Part shown: in pieces, positions 62,490-64,000 of the stretch | How the letters are laid out: every line of letters starts with the position of its first letter | Numbering within the stretch: position 1 is the first letter of the stretch | Assembly (NCBI GenBank): GCA_041690395.1 | Contig: JAWLHJ010000001.1 | Location: forward strand, 416,001 to 480,000 | Direction of reading: 5' to 3' | Source of the DNA: Longimicrobiales bacterium | Lineage (GTDB): Bacteria > Gemmatimonadota > Gemmatimonadetes > Longimicrobiales > Gaopeijiaceae | Length of the DNA: 64,000 bases | Notes under the pieces: model-generated | Databases searched by the model: none | What the model was told of the DNA's origin: nothing | What the model saw: only the letters and a program-made list of their open reading frames with translations | Program-made: the position numbers and the translations under genes

Positions 62490-64000
62490 CCCGCGTGCTG
62501 CCTGGCCCGGCGCTGCGACTTCACGCGGTACATGTCGATGTCGGCCGCCCGCAGGAGGTCGTCGACGGAGCGCATCTCGGAGGTGTCGAATTCCGCGATG
62601 CCCATGCTGACCGATACCCGGTGGGGGCTCAGCGTCGCGTTACGGCCGAGTCCGTGCTGGACGCGGGCGATGTACTGCTTGGCTCCGTCGGCGTCCGTGT
62701 CCGACAGCACCGACACGAACTCGTCGCCGCCGTAGCGTCCCACGAGATTCATGGCCCGGTTCTCCTCGACGAGGAGGTCGGCGAACGCCTTGAGGATCTC
62801 GTCGCCGGTCACGTGCCCCTGGGTGTCGTTGACCGCCTTGAAGTTGTCGATGTCGAACACGACGACCGTCAGCGACCGGCCGCGGCGGGCGGCGGCGACT
62901 TCCTGCTCGAGGTGGAGCTGGAGGCGGCGCCGGTTGGGGAGCCCCGTGAGCGGATCGGTGAGCGAGAGCGCGCGGAGCGTCTCGTGCAGGCGGGCGTTCT
63001 CGAGCGCGACCGAGGCCTGGCGGGCCAGACGCTGCATGACGGCCGTCTCCTCGGAGCCGAAGTGCCGGGGCTTGCGGCTTCCGGCCGCGAGCGCGCCCAC
63101 GACCTCGTCGTCCACGATGATCGGGACCGCGACGCCCGACCCTCCCTCCAGGTATTCCCGGAGGTGGTCGGGGATGAGCTGGCTCGCGCGGATGTCGTCG
63201 ATGACGGCGGAGCGACGCTCGTGGATGAGCGTGGTCTCGAGGTCGTCGTGGAAGTCCCACGGGGCGCCGACGGGGAGCGCGATGTCGCCGCCCGAGTCGG
63301 TGATGCGCCCCTTCGCGCCTTCGAGCCCGTAGCGTTGCCAGACCGCCGCGCCGTCCACGTGGAGCACGTCGAGCACCGCCTGCACCACGCGCCCGAGCAC
63401 CTCGTTGGGGTCGCGCTCGCTGGTGAGCACGCGCCCGATCTCCTCGATGCGCTCGGCCTCCTTCCGCCGCCGCTCGATCTCCGCGAACTGGAGCGCGTTG
63501 TCGATGGCGATGGCCGCGATGTCGGCGATGCCCTGGAGGAGCGCGAGGTCGTCCTGGCTGTATGCGTCGGGGCGGGTGCTGCACGCGCTCACCGCCCCCA
63601 CGACGCGCCCGTGATGGACCAGCGGCGCCGCGATGCCCGAGCGGCACACCATCTTGCCGCCCTCGATGCGCGTCAGGCTCGCCAGGCCGTCCGGGTCGTC
63701 GGAGACCAGCACGCCCTGGCTCTGCCGGATGACTTCGGAGTCGGAGCCGCGGAAGCCCAGATCGACCGCCTGGGCCTCGCCGTCCTGCACCCGGTAGACC
63801 ACGCGCTCCAGGTCGCGCCCCTGGTCGTAGAGCGACACGCTGAAGTTCGACGCGCTCAGAACCTTGGCCGTCTCCTGATGGATAGCCGCATACAGCTCCC
63901 CCGCGCTGAGCGTGGAAGTGAGGATGCGACCGGTCTCGAGGAGGACCTCGTAACGTTCTTCAACGCTCGACCGGGTGGTCCGGTCGTCGTGTGATGGCAT
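62483..64000 (-). CDS. Diguanylate cyclase with two GAF domains (may extend beyond the window)
   Basis: Two GAF units (APL...GRVVGA; VPI....EVVGAL), TDPLTGLPNRR, FDIDNFKAVND..GH..GD, RYGGDEF. Confidence 0.93.
   Translation of the reverse strand: MPSHDDRTTRSSVEERYEVLLETGRILTSTLSAGELYAAIHQETAKVLSASNFSVSLYDQGRDLERVVYRVQDGEAQAVDLGFRGSDSEVIRQSQGVLVSDDPDGLASLTRIEGGKMVCRSGIAAPLVHHGRVVGAVSACSTRPDAYSQDDLALLQGIADIAAIAIDNALQFAEIERRRKEAERIEEIGRVLTSERDPNEVLGRVVQAVLDVLHVDGAAVWQRYGLEGAKGRITDSGGDIALPVGAPWDFHDDLETTLIHERRSAVIDDIRASQLIPDHLREYLEGGSGVAVPIIVDDEVVGALAAGSRKPRHFGSEETAVMQRLARQASVALENARLHETLRALSLTDPLTGLPNRRRLQLHLEQEVAAARRGRSLTVVVFDIDNFKAVNDTQGHVTGDEILKAFADLLVEENRAMNLVGRYGGDEFVSVLSDTDADGAKQYIARVQHGLGRNATLSPHRVSVSMGIAEFDTSEMRSVDDLLRAADIDMYRVKSQRRARQHAGS

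Noticed and set aside
57457..63994. Long ORFs 57457..59010 (-), 58782..60164 (+), 60201..61148 (-) and 62342..63994 (+)
   Set aside because: They overlap well-supported genes on the opposite strand or in another frame, have no motifs, and are expected in high-GC3 DNA.

Overview
GC-rich bacterial DNA, most likely Gemmatimonadota (an inference from the Ig-repeat lipoprotein and the Wzc/Wza/sigma54-regulator block; not verified). Nearly the whole window is one large exosortase (PEP-CTERM)-associated surface/exopolysaccharide locus. The left end (1-8.6 kb) holds the 3' part of a hybrid NRPS/PKS (A-PCP-KS-AT-ACP-aminotransferase-C, with no KR and no TE) and a JmjC oxygenase. The middle (8.6-52.7 kb) contains a LMW phosphatase, FemAB, an exosortase-EpsI fusion, seven glycosyltransferases, WecB, a DegT aminotransferase, an O-antigen-ligase/Wzy-like protein and an ABC flippase. 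It also carries an unusually dense set of tailoring enzymes: MBOAT, acyltransferase-3, three SGNH proteins, GNAT, FkbH plus ACP, a methyltransferase, four deacetylase-fold domains, two formyltransferase fusions, and a carbamoyltransferase with SxtJ/SxtK-like partners. The right end (52.7-64 kb, higher GC) has the priming sugar transferase, a histidine kinase, a sigma54 enhancer-binding response regulator, Wzc, Wza, c-di-GMP proteins and a HisN-like phosphatase. By eye I also found nine candidate sigma54 -24/-12 sites in front of operons, a frameshifted PEP-CTERM gene at a G6 run, a 49-aa gene missed by the ORF track and a perfect 32-bp palindrome. The most interesting hypothesis is that carrier-protein assembly lines (NRPS/PKS and FkbH-ACP) build acyl groups that decorate the surface glycan. 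No rRNA, tRNA, CRISPR array or transposase was seen. All calls come from motif reading only; no database search was run.
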